A DNA stretch of 64,000 nucleotides. Source: an uncultured cyanobacterium. GTDB lineage: Bacteria; Cyanobacteriota; Cyanobacteriia; Cyanobacteriales; Geitlerinemataceae. The position numbers were made by a program, and so were the translations under genes. Below the pieces are notes generated by a model. It was not told the DNA's origin. It saw only the letters and a program-made list of their open reading frames with translations, and ran no database searches. The stretch is taken from assembly GCA_937899645.1 (NCBI GenBank), contig CALCCD010000128.1:21357-85356 (forward strand). Reading direction: 5' to 3'. Below, piece after piece: positions 1 through 9,564 of this stretch; positions within the stretch are counted from its first letter, which is position 1; each line of letters opens with the position of its first letter.

Positions 1-953
1 AGCGCGCTTAGCGTCGGAAATTCTGGGTCTTGACGCAGTTGGCGCAGGGCGGCGTGGATGTTGTCTAGGAGGTTTTCGATCGTGGAGATCGCGTCCGTCT
101 TCGGCACTTTCGATTCACCGTTCCCCGCCAGGTCGTAAAGCCAGTCCAGCGCCTCGGCGACCTGAAGCTTAAGGCGATTGCTGCGGGCTTTTATACGCCA
201 GTCACCGTAAACGGTCGCACCGATGCCTTCGATCCTCGCAAACTGCCGCGCTTCAATGCGTTCGGCGAGGGCTGTGCGTGTTTGCCAGGTGTCCCAGATG
301 CGCGGCGCTTGGAGAGGCGAAATGGGCTCGATATCCGATGCGACGAGCGCGATCGCGTTCGTCGAGATCGCCACGTCGATTTTGAGCGCGATCGCGGACT
401 GTGCGACCGCAACCGCACCAAACCAGTCTGTCGCGACAAAGGGCAACAGCTCCGGCGCGATCGACAATGCGTCTTCACCTTTTAAATGTTCTAGCGCCGC
501 CACACAGACCTCACGCCGAACCAGCGCGTTCGACCAGCCGTCTAAGACATCACTAACCGCAAGCTGCACCGCCAGATCCGATTCCTGGATTGGCAAGATA
601 GAACCAGCAACACCGCTCGCAACGATCGCCACATCCGGCTCGGCCTCGATCGCAGCGTACTGCGCGCCCAGCTTCGTCGGCGTCCAGCGGTGACGCGGTT
701 CGATCCAGGCCAAATAGCGCCCTGCCGCCCGCTCGACGCACTGCGCCATTAGCCCTTGCAGCGAAAACTCCGCTTCGCTAACTGGCCACGGCCACGCCCG
801 CACGCGCGGGTCTTGCAGCCAGCTCGCTGCCGCGATCGACTCGGGAACCCACAGCTCCCAGCTCTGAAGCTCGCTGGCCAGCACCGACCGCAGCGCCGGT
901 TCCGGATCGAGACCGGACGGCGTCGGCAAAAAGAGAATAGAGATGTCCGGCAT
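1..953 (-). CDS. Glycosyltransferase family 2-like protein; 3' end lies outside the window
   Basis: Minus-strand ATG at 951-953, frame open to the window edge, so it is absent from the ORF track. My translation MPDISILFLPTPSGLDPEPALRSV...AAGRYLAWIEPRHRWTPTKLGAQYAAIEAEPDVAIVASG follows the GT2 N-terminal layout, but EPR replaces the usual DxD. Confidence 0.5.
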   Translation of the reverse strand, partial: MPDISILFLPTPSGLDPEPALRSVLASELQSWELWVPESIAAASWLQDPRVRAWPWPVSEAEFSLQGLMAQCVERAAGRYLAWIEPRHRWTPTKLGAQYAAIEAEPDVAIVASGVAGSILPIQESDLAVQLAVSDVLDGWSNALVRREVCVAALEHLKGEDALSIAPELLPFVATDWFGAVAVAQSAIALKIDVAISTNAIALVASDIEPISPLQAPRIWDTWQTRTALAERIEARQFARIEGIGATVYGDWRIKARSNRLKLQVAEALDWLYDLAGNGESKVPKTDAISTIENLLDNIHAALRQLRQDPEFPTLSA

Positions 954-1090
954 AGGCTGGTGAATGTATCCGCACGCTTAAGGACTTCAGAACGCCCGCA
1001 TCTCATTCAGGGCAGAACCGATCGCCAGAGGGCGACGCACCCCGAGGAAGCATCCAAAACGCACCCCGAAGACGCACCCATAACGCACCC

Positions 1091-2293
1091 ATGAAAATCG
1101 CTTTTCTCAACTATTTCGACCTGCAAAATCCCGACAGTTGGCCGCGATCGGAGTTCGGTTTTATCTCCACCAACTACCACAAGGCCAAGAGCCTCGAAAG
1201 CTTCGCCGAAGTCGAGTACGTCTGCGCCCTAGAGTATCCCCTATCGGCTCGCCGATCGCGCCTTGTCGAGTTCAAGCGCCGCATCTACCGCAAGCTCGAT
1301 CGGCGCTACATCCACTGGGCGACGCCGCACCTGAGCCGCACCCTCGCGCGCCAGATCGCGCCGCGCCTAAAAGGCGTCGATCTCGTCGTCGGCTCCGACA
1401 CAACCCTCATCGCCCAGCTCGATATCCCTCAGCCGATCGTCCTCTGGGCGACGAACCTATTCGATCCGCTAATCGGGCGCTACGGCGACTACAGCGGCCT
1501 TTGCTTCGAGTCGCGCTATGGACTGCGCTGGTTCGATCGCCAGTCCGTGCGTCGCTGTCGGCAGCTCGTATTTCCGTCCCAATGGGCGGCGGATAACGCC
1601 ATTCAGAAATTCAACTTCTCCCGCGATCGTGTCAGCGTCGTGCCCTACGGTGCGAACAACGCCGCCGATCGCACCGAAGAAGAAATCGAGCGCGACATTC
1701 TCAATCGCCCCACCGATCCCCTAAAGCTGCTGTTTATTGGCGTGGACTGGGCGCGCAAGGGCGGCGAGATCGTCCTCGAGGTCGTCCGACGCTTGCAAGA
1801 TCGGGGCGTCAAAACCGAGCTAACGATCGTCGGCGTGCAGCTCCCACAGAACAAAACGCTGCCGCCCAATACGCGCTCCCTAGGCTTTCTCGATCGCTTT
1901 ACACCCGACGGAAAAGCCCGCCTACAGCAGTGCCTGCGAGAGTCCCACGCGCTGCTGCTGCCCTCCGAAGCGGAGACCTATGGCAACGTCCTCTGCGAAG
2001 CGAACTCCTTCGGGTTGCCCGTCTTCGCGTCGCGGGTGGGCGGCATGCCGACGATCGTCCGCGATGGAGAGAACGGCTACAGCTTTTCTCGCGCCGATTT
2101 TGCCGCCGAGTGCAGCCGTATTCTCGAGCCACTCGCGACCGATTCCGACACCTACCGCCAGCTCGCTCGGGGCGCACTGCGGACGTACCGATCGCGCCTG
2201 AGCTGGGATGCCGCCAGCCAGCAAATGCAGCGCCTGTGCCGGTCGGCTCTCGGGGCCGGTAGCGCGCCCGACGATCGCCGACTCCGTCAGTAG
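1091..2293 (+). CDS. Glycosyltransferase, GT-B fold (GT4 family)
   Basis: 400-aa ORF. EAETYGNVLCEANSFGLPVFASRVGGMPTIVRDGENGY matches the GT4 E-x7-E sugar-nucleotide binding region. Confidence 0.85.
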   Translation: MKIAFLNYFDLQNPDSWPRSEFGFISTNYHKAKSLESFAEVEYVCALEYPLSARRSRLVEFKRRIYRKLDRRYIHWATPHLSRTLARQIAPRLKGVDLVVGSDTTLIAQLDIPQPIVLWATNLFDPLIGRYGDYSGLCFESRYGLRWFDRQSVRRCRQLVFPSQWAADNAIQKFNFSRDRVSVVPYGANNAADRTEEEIERDILNRPTDPLKLLFIGVDWARKGGEIVLEVVRRLQDRGVKTELTIVGVQLPQNKTLPPNTRSLGFLDRFTPDGKARLQQCLRESHALLLPSEAETYGNVLCEANSFGLPVFASRVGGMPTIVRDGENGYSFSRADFAAECSRILEPLATDSDTYRQLARGALRTYRSRLSWDAASQQMQRLCRSALGAGSAPDDRRLRQ

Positions 2294-2425
2294 AGCCGCC
2301 CGCCACAGCGCAAGACGAACCGCAAAAGCTAAAAAAACTCCCCGCTCGATCGCCGACGATCGACAGCGAAAACGTACCGAGATCGCCACAAAGAAACGCA
2401 ACGTCGGGCCGCGCTATTTTCAAGC

Positions 2426-2457
2426 ATAAAAAATAGCCGCCTTAGCGACCGGGCGGC
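2426..2457 (-). terminator. Candidate intrinsic terminator downstream of hup
   Basis: GCCGCC (2436-2441) and GGCGGC (2452-2457) form a hairpin. On the minus strand it is followed by TATTTTTTAT (plus-strand 2426-2435). It lies about 150 nt after the hup stop. Confidence 0.5.
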
Positions 2458-2610
2458 ATATATTTGCTTCAGTTCGTACGACGCAGATCGCAGTCAATTC
2501 CGCGATCGGCGAGCCCGTCAAAATCACGCCGCTACCTTCCCGATCTTTCCTCGCATTTAGCGTAAAGACGAGGCAAATAGATAGCGGCAGAGTCTCGATC
2601 GGGCGACACG

Positions 2611-2892
2611 CTACTTGTTCGGCGCGACTTTATCTTTGAACAGCTTCCCTGCCGAAAAGGCGGGCACTTTCGTTTCAGGGATGGTCATTTTCTGGCCGGT
2701 CTTCGGATTGCGACCTTCGCGGGCCTTACGCTCGCGCGATTCAAACGATCCGAAGCCGACGAGCGTCACTTTATCGCCATCGGAAACGGCCTCCATAATG
2801 GTCTCGAGGGCGGCGGTCAAAACGGCATCCGCCTCTTTTTTCGTGACGCTGGCTTTGTCCGCAACCTTGTCGACCAGTTCTCCTTTATTCAT
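2611..2892 (-). CDS. hup: HU family DNA-binding protein
   Basis: MNKGELVDKVADKASVTKKEADAVLTAALETIMEAVSDGDKVTLVGFGSFESRERKAREGRNPKTGQKMTIPETKVPAFSAGKLFKDKV is a canonical HU/IHF sequence. Start trimmed from the track ORF (3024) to the ATG at 2892. Confidence 0.9.
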   Translation of the reverse strand: MNKGELVDKVADKASVTKKEADAVLTAALETIMEAVSDGDKVTLVGFGSFESRERKAREGRNPKTGQKMTIPETKVPAFSAGKLFKDKVAPNK

Positions 2893-3640
2893 TACCTTAA
2901 GCTCCTGAGTTTTGGGACTAGATGAGTGCTGAAAACGAACGAAAGTCGATCGCCTGACGAACACCCAATGCTCGATCGAGGGCGGCGACGACAGTAGAAA
3001 TCGCTGAAAAGCCCTTACCCCCAATGTTTTACTGGATTATTCTCAAGGTTGCAAGTCCCTCGTAACGGCTTGAAACCTTTAAGTGATGTTGAATCGAGGG
3101 TCAAACTTAAAAAAAAGCTAAAAAAGACGGCGAAATTTGATTTACAAGCCGCTTTAAACCCGTTCTAAAAACATAACAGACACTTCCCGCATGTCGTCTG
3201 GAATTTAGATTGCAGATCGGTAACGAGATGTTAGGGAAAGCGACGGGAAACGGAACGCCGCCCGTAACAGGCGTGACGCTTCTCCATCTTCATCTCGATC
3301 GACTGCGCTAAACAAGGCTCAAAAAACTCCTCAAAGCCCCGCTGAGTATGAGATAGGGGGATCGCGGAGAGGCGGCGGTGCTTGTCGGCTCGGGAGCTCG
3401 CATTGCTTGCGTTGATACGAAACGCTCGACGGCCGGACTGCGGCGATCGCCCGTCTGGCCTCGGTGTGGCGGGAGGCGCAGGGCGGGTGACGCGAGTCGC
3501 TGGGAAGCTACAGGATAGCACTCGGATTCGCGTACCGGTCGAATACGGGGCGGGCCACGGCGAGGCGCGCGACGGGGACTCGGACGCGCTGTTTGGGATT
3601 TGTCAGGACTTGCTGTTTTTTGGGGCTGCGAGAGCTGGCA

Positions 3641-3830
3641 GGAGGCCGAAGAGACCTCCAAGAAATATTTGTCTGGAATTCGCCAATGAAGGCTGAGCTT
3701 GTCGATCGCCGGGCTTCGCCGATCGCCTGAGTGTGTGTAACGCACGACTCGCTTCGCGAAAGCGACGCCAACGACGACGCCCAGCGATCGACCCCCCGAC
3801 GGTGGGCGTTCATGTCCCTGGAGTCCTCTA
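3641..3830 (-). repeat. Noncoding repeat, copy A (about 190 nt), starting at the crtH stop codon
   Basis: Aligns with 27851-28040 in opposite orientation. A 36-nt core (3749-3784) is 35/36 identical to 27900-27935. GACAAGCTCAGC and GCGATCGGCGA(A/G)GCC are also shared. Core contains the hairpin TCGCTT-TCGCG-AAGCGA. Confidence 0.6.
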
Positions 3831-5360
3831 AATGCCCAAATCGACAGCAACGCGGTGGGCGCAGGCAAAGCCCGAAAAGGCAACGGCATTAAGGCCCTGG
3901 CCGGGGAAGGTGCTGTCGCCGACGCAGTAAAGCCCAGGCACGGACGTGCGGTTAAACGGCATGCCCAACAGTCCGAGCAGCTTGCGCTGGGGAATCGGGC
4001 CGTAGGAGCCATCGACGCGACCGAGGAAACGGCGGTGCGTGCGCGCCGTGCCCACTTCCATGTAGTCCACGGCGTGGGTGATGCCGGGGAAGATCGCGCC
4101 CAGGCGTTCGATCGAGCTCCAGGCGGCGGCTTCTTTTTTCTGCTTGTATTCGGTAGGGGTTAGGTTCTGCCAGCGCTCGATCCAGTCCGGCGTAAAGGCG
4201 TGGATGATGTGGTGGCCGTCGGGCGCGAGGCTCGGGTCGAGCAGGGTCGGGATCGAGACGAAGAGCGTACCTTCGGGCTCTTCCATCTTCTCCCAGTCTT
4301 CCACGACGATGTGGTGGCACTCGGTTCCGGCGGGCAGTAGGTCGGCGCTGACGCCCAGGTGCAGGCTCAGGAAGCTGGGGGACTTTTGGTAGCGATCGCG
4401 CCAGCTCTCTTCGGCACGGGGCGTTTTGACTTCGCCCAGGAGCTTGTCGAACGTGTCCCAGCGCGTCGCGTTAGAGATAATGCGGCGGGCGCGGAATTCC
4501 TTTCCGTTGACGAGCTGAACGCCGACGGCGCGGTTTCCCTCCATCAGAATTTTCTTGACGCGAGACTTATAACGGATCGTGCCGCCGTGGCGCTCGAGAC
4601 CCTCAGCTAGCTCGACGGCGATTTGGCCGACGCCGCCTTTGGGGTAGTTGATGCCGCCGTAGTGGCGATCGCTGAACACCATCCCGGCATTGATCGCGGG
4701 CGTCAGGTCTGCCGGAACCACCGACCAGCAGTAGCATTCGATGTCGATAAAGCGCAGCAGCTCGGGATCGCGAATGTAGCGGCGGGCGATATCTCCGGCA
4801 TTTTGCGGCAGGTATTTCGCCAGGTTCAGGCAGGCCAGCGGATTGCTAAAGAAGACGCGCATCAGGTAGCCCAATTCTTCGAGGGAGAGCAGTTCCATCG
4901 CGTTGAGGCTATTGAAAATGCTCCAGCACTCGTCGTAGAACTTGCGGATGCCCTCGCGCTCGTGGGGGAAGCGATCGCCCAGCTCGGCAATAAACTCTTC
5001 GTAGTCGCGGTGGACTTTAACTTCCAGGTCGTTGGGCAGGTGGTAATGGATTTGAACGGGGTCGGCGATCGTCTCGATTTTTGCGCCCACGGCATCCAGG
5101 GCGCGGGTCAGTAGGTTGGTCGTGCCTTCTTCGCCGAAGCCGAAGATCATCGACGCGCCGACATCGAAGCGATAGCCCTTGCGCTCGAATGCGCCGCCGC
5201 TGCCGCCGGGGATCGTGTATCCCTCGAGTACCAGCACCTTCGCACCTTTGCTAGCGAGCTGGGTTGCCGTCACCAGGCCACCCATCCCCGACCCGATAAC
5301 GATCGCGTCCCATTCGGTATCGATCGACGCAGTCGAGGCAGCGGGGGCGGTAGCAGTCAT
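3828..5360 (-). CDS. crtH: Carotenoid cis-trans isomerase (prolycopene isomerase, CrtH/CrtISO type)
   Basis: 510 aa with an FAD dinucleotide fold ([29 protein letters not shown]). [37 protein letters not shown] and [41 protein letters not shown] closely follow Synechocystis Sll0033 as I recall it. Confidence 0.85.
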   Translation of the reverse strand: MTATAPAASTASIDTEWDAIVIGSGMGGLVTATQLASKGAKVLVLEGYTIPGGSGGAFERKGYRFDVGASMIFGFGEEGTTNLLTRALDAVGAKIETIADPVQIHYHLPNDLEVKVHRDYEEFIAELGDRFPHEREGIRKFYDECWSIFNSLNAMELLSLEELGYLMRVFFSNPLACLNLAKYLPQNAGDIARRYIRDPELLRFIDIECYCWSVVPADLTPAINAGMVFSDRHYGGINYPKGGVGQIAVELAEGLERHGGTIRYKSRVKKILMEGNRAVGVQLVNGKEFRARRIISNATRWDTFDKLLGEVKTPRAEESWRDRYQKSPSFLSLHLGVSADLLPAGTECHHIVVEDWEKMEEPEGTLFVSIPTLLDPSLAPDGHHIIHAFTPDWIERWQNLTPTEYKQKKEAAAWSSIERLGAIFPGITHAVDYMEVGTARTHRRFLGRVDGSYGPIPQRKLLGLLGMPFNRTSVPGLYCVGDSTFPGQGLNAVAFSGFACAHRVAVDLGI

Positions 5361-5651
5361 GGCAGTTTCTGGGAGGTAGGGCAGGCGGTGCGATAGGTAA
5401 AGAATTGCGATCGCACGAATATATTAACGACGAACCGTAGCCTTGCGCGAGCGCTGCGACACGGATGCGGGTGGATTTTGGGGCAGTTTTAGGGCGAATT
5501 GTTGGGGCGGGCTTCTGGGCGAACTCCTGAGCGGACTCTTGGGCGGACTCGAGCCGATCGGTTGCGGCGTCTGCCGGGAGAAGTCGAGGCGAGCGGTGGC
5601 GACACGAGGGCGGGTCTATACTAAAGCCCTTCATATACACCCCCTGCCGAC

Positions 5652-6341
5652 GTGAACGCGAAAGCTATCATTCTGCTCTCCGGTGGCCTCGATTCGTCTA
5701 CGGTGCTATATCAGGCCAAGGCCGACGGCTGCGACTGCTACGCGCTGTCGTTCGACTACGGCCAGCGTCACGATCGCGAACTGATTGCCGCGAAGGCGAT
5801 CGCTAAGGCCGGAGGCGCACTCGAACATCGCATTATTTCGTTTGACATGGCGCAGTGGGGCGGCTCGTCGCTGACGGACACCAGCCAGGAATTGCCCCAG
5901 GGTCGCCCGATCGAGGAAATGGGCGAGGAGATCCCGACGACCTACGTTCCGGCGCGCAATACGATTTTTCTCAGCTTTGGGCTGTCCTACGCTGAGGCGA
6001 TCGATGCGGACTGGGTCTACATCGGCGTCAATGCGCTGGACTACTCGGGTTATCCCGACTGCCGCCCGGACTATACGGACGCGATGCAGAACGTTTTTCG
6101 GCTGGGGACGAAGCGCGGTCGCGAGGGCAACCCGACGACGATCCTCAAGCCGCTGATTCACTTGAAGAAGACAGAAATTATCGAGATGGGAAACCGGCTG
6201 GGCGTGCCTTGGGACAAGACTTGGTCGTGTTACGCCGGGGGCGAGGCGGCCTGCGGCAGATGCGACTCGTGTTTGCTGCGGCTGAAGGCGTTTGCCGATC
6301 TCGGTCTCGAAGATCCGCTACCCTACATCACGCGCGGGTAG
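5652..6341 (+). CDS. queC: 7-cyano-7-deazaguanine synthase
   Basis: PP-loop LLSGGLDSST, then YGQRHDRE, and a C-terminal Zn cluster CYAGGEAACGRCDSCLLR. GTG start. Confidence 0.9.
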   Translation: MNAKAIILLSGGLDSSTVLYQAKADGCDCYALSFDYGQRHDRELIAAKAIAKAGGALEHRIISFDMAQWGGSSLTDTSQELPQGRPIEEMGEEIPTTYVPARNTIFLSFGLSYAEAIDADWVYIGVNALDYSGYPDCRPDYTDAMQNVFRLGTKRGREGNPTTILKPLIHLKKTEIIEMGNRLGVPWDKTWSCYAGGEAACGRCDSCLLRLKAFADLGLEDPLPYITRG

Positions 6342-6485
6342 GGGCGTCACGGTAGTGCGCCCGCGAAATTTTTCGATTTCAGCCAAGCAATTCGCGCTTT
6401 CCCAGCCATGTTCGGGCGCATTGCCATGCGCCCCTACGGTTTTTGTCGATTCCCATTGATTTTCGCTGTATCTCTCCGTATTTCT

Positions 6486-7193
6486 ATGTCTGACTTCCCG
6501 TCGTCTCTTGACGTGACCGAATCGCTTTACGATCGCATGGTGGAGTGCGCGCCGGAAGAGTGGCGCGAACAGCTCGCCGACCCGCTGACCTGGGACGACG
6601 CGATGCGCGATCGCGTGGCGGCGCTGCTGATTCCGGCAGCGCGGGACGAAGCAATCGCCCAGGCGGAGGCGCGCGGCGATCGCGGCTTTATTCTCTACGA
6701 CCAAAAGGCGATCGAGACCTACATCTACTACGTCGGTAGCGAGTTTGCTGATACGGTGCTGTGGATGGCTGACGCACCGACGAAAGCTGAGCTGAACGAG
6801 GTGTTGGCGGATTACGATCCGCAGTCGGAAGCGGCGATCGCGATCGCCAGCGCCGAGAGCGTTCAGGTGATGTGGATCAAGCAAGACGGCCAGGTGGCGA
6901 CCCAGGGCGCGCAGGAAGTTAACCCGCTGCCGATCGCCCTACCCGAAGGCGTCACGGCGGAGACCAGCGAGCGCGACGGCTGCTACGGCTACGACTTTAC
7001 TGACGCCAAGCTCGGCAAGCTGGGGCGCATCACGTTCATGCCGCTGGGCAACAACCAGCTCGATTTTCATTGCGAGTTTGCGACGTCTGGCGATGCGGCA
7101 CGCGACGACGAGGCCAAAGCCTACTTCGAGCCGATCGCGCAGCGGGCGATCGCGGCCTGGACGGCGGCACTCCAGCGCAAGGCGGGCAACTAG
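6486..7193 (+). CDS. Hypothetical protein
   Basis: Long ORF with protein-like acidic composition. Start trimmed to the ATG at 6486 (MSDFPSS). No recognisable motif. Confidence 0.55.
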   Translation: MSDFPSSLDVTESLYDRMVECAPEEWREQLADPLTWDDAMRDRVAALLIPAARDEAIAQAEARGDRGFILYDQKAIETYIYYVGSEFADTVLWMADAPTKAELNEVLADYDPQSEAAIAIASAESVQVMWIKQDGQVATQGAQEVNPLPIALPEGVTAETSERDGCYGYDFTDAKLGKLGRITFMPLGNNQLDFHCEFATSGDAARDDEAKAYFEPIAQRAIAAWTAALQRKAGN

Positions 7194-9412
7194 TCGATCG
7201 GCTGACTTGATGGCTGCTCGACCTTCTCGCGCGCCTTCACGGGCAGGCCGATAACAAATTCGACGCCGCCCCCCTCGGGAGAATGAAACTCCAGCGTGCC
7301 GCCGTGGGTTTGGGTGACGATCTCGTGGGAAATCGAGAGGCCGAGCCCCGTGCCTTTGCCGACGGGCTTCGCGGTGAAGAAGTGCTCGAATAGTTTGCCT
7401 TCGGTCGCGCCTGCGATGCCGACGCCGTTGTTGCAGATGCGGATGCAGACGCGATCGCCGCCGTCCATGGCTGTTTCGATCGTGATTTTGGGCGTGAAGC
7501 CACAGTAACAGGGCGCTTTGGCTGCATCTGCCTCATCTACATCCGACCCGCCTGCGTCCGACCCATCTACATCCGACCCATCTGCATCCGACCCGCCTAC
7601 ATCTGGCATTTTGTCCGCGACGACCTCTTCGAGCGCATCGATCGAGTTCACCAGCAGGTTCATGAACACCTGATTGAGCTGGGCGGGGAAACACTCCACG
7701 AGCGGCAGCTCGCCGTAGTGCTTCTCGATTTCGATGTTCGCCAGCCCACCGCAGAATTTCAGTCGGTTGCCCAGGATCGACAGAGTGCTGTCGATGCCTT
7801 CGTGGATGTCGACAGCTTTGAATTCGGCTTCGTCTAGGCGCGAGAAGTTGCGTAGAGTCAGAACGATCTGACGGATGCGATCGGTGCCGATTTCGATCGA
7901 CGACAGCACCTTTGGTAAGTCTTCGAGGATAAAGTCGATATCAAGATCGCGGCATCGATCTTGCAGGTCGGTGATGTCCTGCGTTGAGTTGGGATCGAGC
8001 TGCCGACAGGCGATCGCTAAGGAGAGCAGGTCTCCGACGTAGTCGTTGATGTGGGGCAGGTTGCCGTGGATGAAGCTGACGGGGTTGTTGATTTCGTGGG
8101 CGACCCCGGCGACGAGCTGACCGAGGCTGGCCATTTTCTCATTTTGGATGAGCTGGAGCTGCGACTCGCGCAGCGCCTCGGCTTGGGACTGAATCTTCCA
8201 GACGAAGTCTGCCTGCTGGAGCGCGATGCCGAGCTGTTCGCCCACCTGAGAGAGCAGCTCGATTTCGTCGGTTTGCCAGTGGCGCGGCGCGTCGTTTTGG
8301 AAGGTGGCAAGCAGCCCCCATAGCTTGTCGCCCTGGAAGATCGGCGCGAGCGCGTAGGCTTTAGCCTGGAACTGCTCGAGTAGCTCGATGTGACACTCGG
8401 AGTGTCCCACCTTGTAGATGTCGGGAACTGAGAACGTCTCGTGGTTGGCGTAGCGTCCGCCCCCGGTTTCCATCAGATAGGTGTCGGCGATCCGGCTCGT
8501 GGCCGCGACCAGCGGCGTCCAGCCCACCGCGATCGACTCGAACGTAAAGCTGCCGCCCCAGTCTGCATCGAAGCGATAGACCGCCACGCGATCGGCCTTG
8601 AGGATTTGGCGCACTTCGTCGGTCGCGGTCTGACAGATGTCGGCCAGTTCGGGAGTCCGGCGGATTTTGCTGACGATCTTGACCAGGGCTTTTTGGCGCT
8701 TCAGGGCGGCGGTTTTGGCTTCGGCCTTCGCCAGGAGCGAAGTTTGGTGCTTGATGCGTTCGAGGTGTTCGGCCTGCTGGAGAGCGATCGCCAGGTGAAC
8801 CGCAATTTTCTGGACGAAGCCGATCTCCGCGAACTGCCAGCGTCGCGGCTGGCCGCACTGGTGAATGCACAGCAGACCCCAGATCTGCTCGCCTTGCAAG
8901 ACGGGCACGATCAGGCAGGCGCGCACCTGCAACCGCTCGAGGACATCCAGGCGCACGCGATTGACTTCGGCCTCGATGTTGGCGGCCTGGAGGTCGGCGA
9001 TCGACTGCACGTATTCGGGGTCGTCCTCAGAATCGAGCCCGAACGAAAAATCGGCGTGCCCTTCTGCCTGTAAGGCCAGCGCTGAGGGAAATCCCGCGCC
9101 CACCGCTTCGGCGATGAATTGGCCGGTCTGTACCGAACTGAGGCGATCGACGGGCGCGGTATCTGCTGCGATCTGGCAGTGGGGACTAAAGCGAAAGATC
9201 GCGACGCGATCGGCATTGAGGAGCTGCCGGATCGAGGTGGAGGTTTCGGCCAACACGGCCTCGAGGTCGAGACACGCACGGATGCGCTCGATGATGTCGT
9301 CGAGAACCTGCTCCTGCTCGATCTGCTGAAAGATGCGATCGGTGCAGTCCGCGAGCTGGTACGCGGCGCTTTGCAGTGCGTTGAAGGTCGAGTTCGGCAG
9401 GGGCTTGACCAT
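7190..9412 (-). CDS. Sensor histidine kinase with tandem GAF domains
   Basis: 740 aa with two GAF-like segments, H-box LVAGVAHEINNPVSF, N-box NLLVNSIDAL and G-box GTGLGLSISHEIV. Confidence 0.85.
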   Translation of the reverse strand: MVKPLPNSTFNALQSAAYQLADCTDRIFQQIEQEQVLDDIIERIRACLDLEAVLAETSTSIRQLLNADRVAIFRFSPHCQIAADTAPVDRLSSVQTGQFIAEAVGAGFPSALALQAEGHADFSFGLDSEDDPEYVQSIADLQAANIEAEVNRVRLDVLERLQVRACLIVPVLQGEQIWGLLCIHQCGQPRRWQFAEIGFVQKIAVHLAIALQQAEHLERIKHQTSLLAKAEAKTAALKRQKALVKIVSKIRRTPELADICQTATDEVRQILKADRVAVYRFDADWGGSFTFESIAVGWTPLVAATSRIADTYLMETGGGRYANHETFSVPDIYKVGHSECHIELLEQFQAKAYALAPIFQGDKLWGLLATFQNDAPRHWQTDEIELLSQVGEQLGIALQQADFVWKIQSQAEALRESQLQLIQNEKMASLGQLVAGVAHEINNPVSFIHGNLPHINDYVGDLLSLAIACRQLDPNSTQDITDLQDRCRDLDIDFILEDLPKVLSSIEIGTDRIRQIVLTLRNFSRLDEAEFKAVDIHEGIDSTLSILGNRLKFCGGLANIEIEKHYGELPLVECFPAQLNQVFMNLLVNSIDALEEVVADKMPDVGGSDADGSDVDGSDAGGSDVDEADAAKAPCYCGFTPKITIETAMDGGDRVCIRICNNGVGIAGATEGKLFEHFFTAKPVGKGTGLGLSISHEIVTQTHGGTLEFHSPEGGGVEFVIGLPVKAREKVEQPSSQPID
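7527..7606. repeat. 15-nt tandem repeat (TCCGACCC + 7 nt, about 4-5 units) inside the kinase gene
   Basis: Direct reading of the sequence. It encodes GGSDADGSDVDGSDAGGSDVD, inserted in the ATPase domain of the 7190-9412 kinase. Confidence 0.7.
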
Positions 9413-9564
9413 GGAATTACGGGGGGTGGGTCGCCGCGCATCCGATCGACCGATCTGAATTTAGCGCGCGTCGGTGGCGGACAACGAAGGTTCGGTAGGG
9501 GAGTCGCTGAAAGTCGTTAGAAATCGCTGCGTAATTGAAGCGAACGGGTGGGGGACGGGTCGCG

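Noticed and set aside
3025-3827. Known housekeeping RNAs (RNase P RNA, tmRNA, SRP RNA, cobalamin riboswitch) in the long spacer.
   Set aside because: I did not find hallmark strings (GGAAAGTCCGG, ACAGAACCCGGCTTA, the tmRNA 3' TCCACCA end, the SRP GGAAGCAGCC region, a B12 box) on either strand by eye.
3641-3830. The repeat pair as a diversity-generating retroelement TR/VR pair.
   Set aside because: No reverse transcriptase is in the window. Differences between the copies are not adenine-specific. Copy A lies outside the crtH coding sequence, starting at the stop codon.
3308-4012. Track ORFs 3308-4012(-), 3231-3521(-), 3382-3696(+) and 27714-28277(+) share a peptide (GV.VGVAFAKR.VR), which suggests a conserved protein.
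   Set aside because: The shared peptide only reflects the nucleotide repeat. The ORFs are Arg/Pro/Ser-rich, overlap crtH or each other, and similarity ends at the repeat borders.
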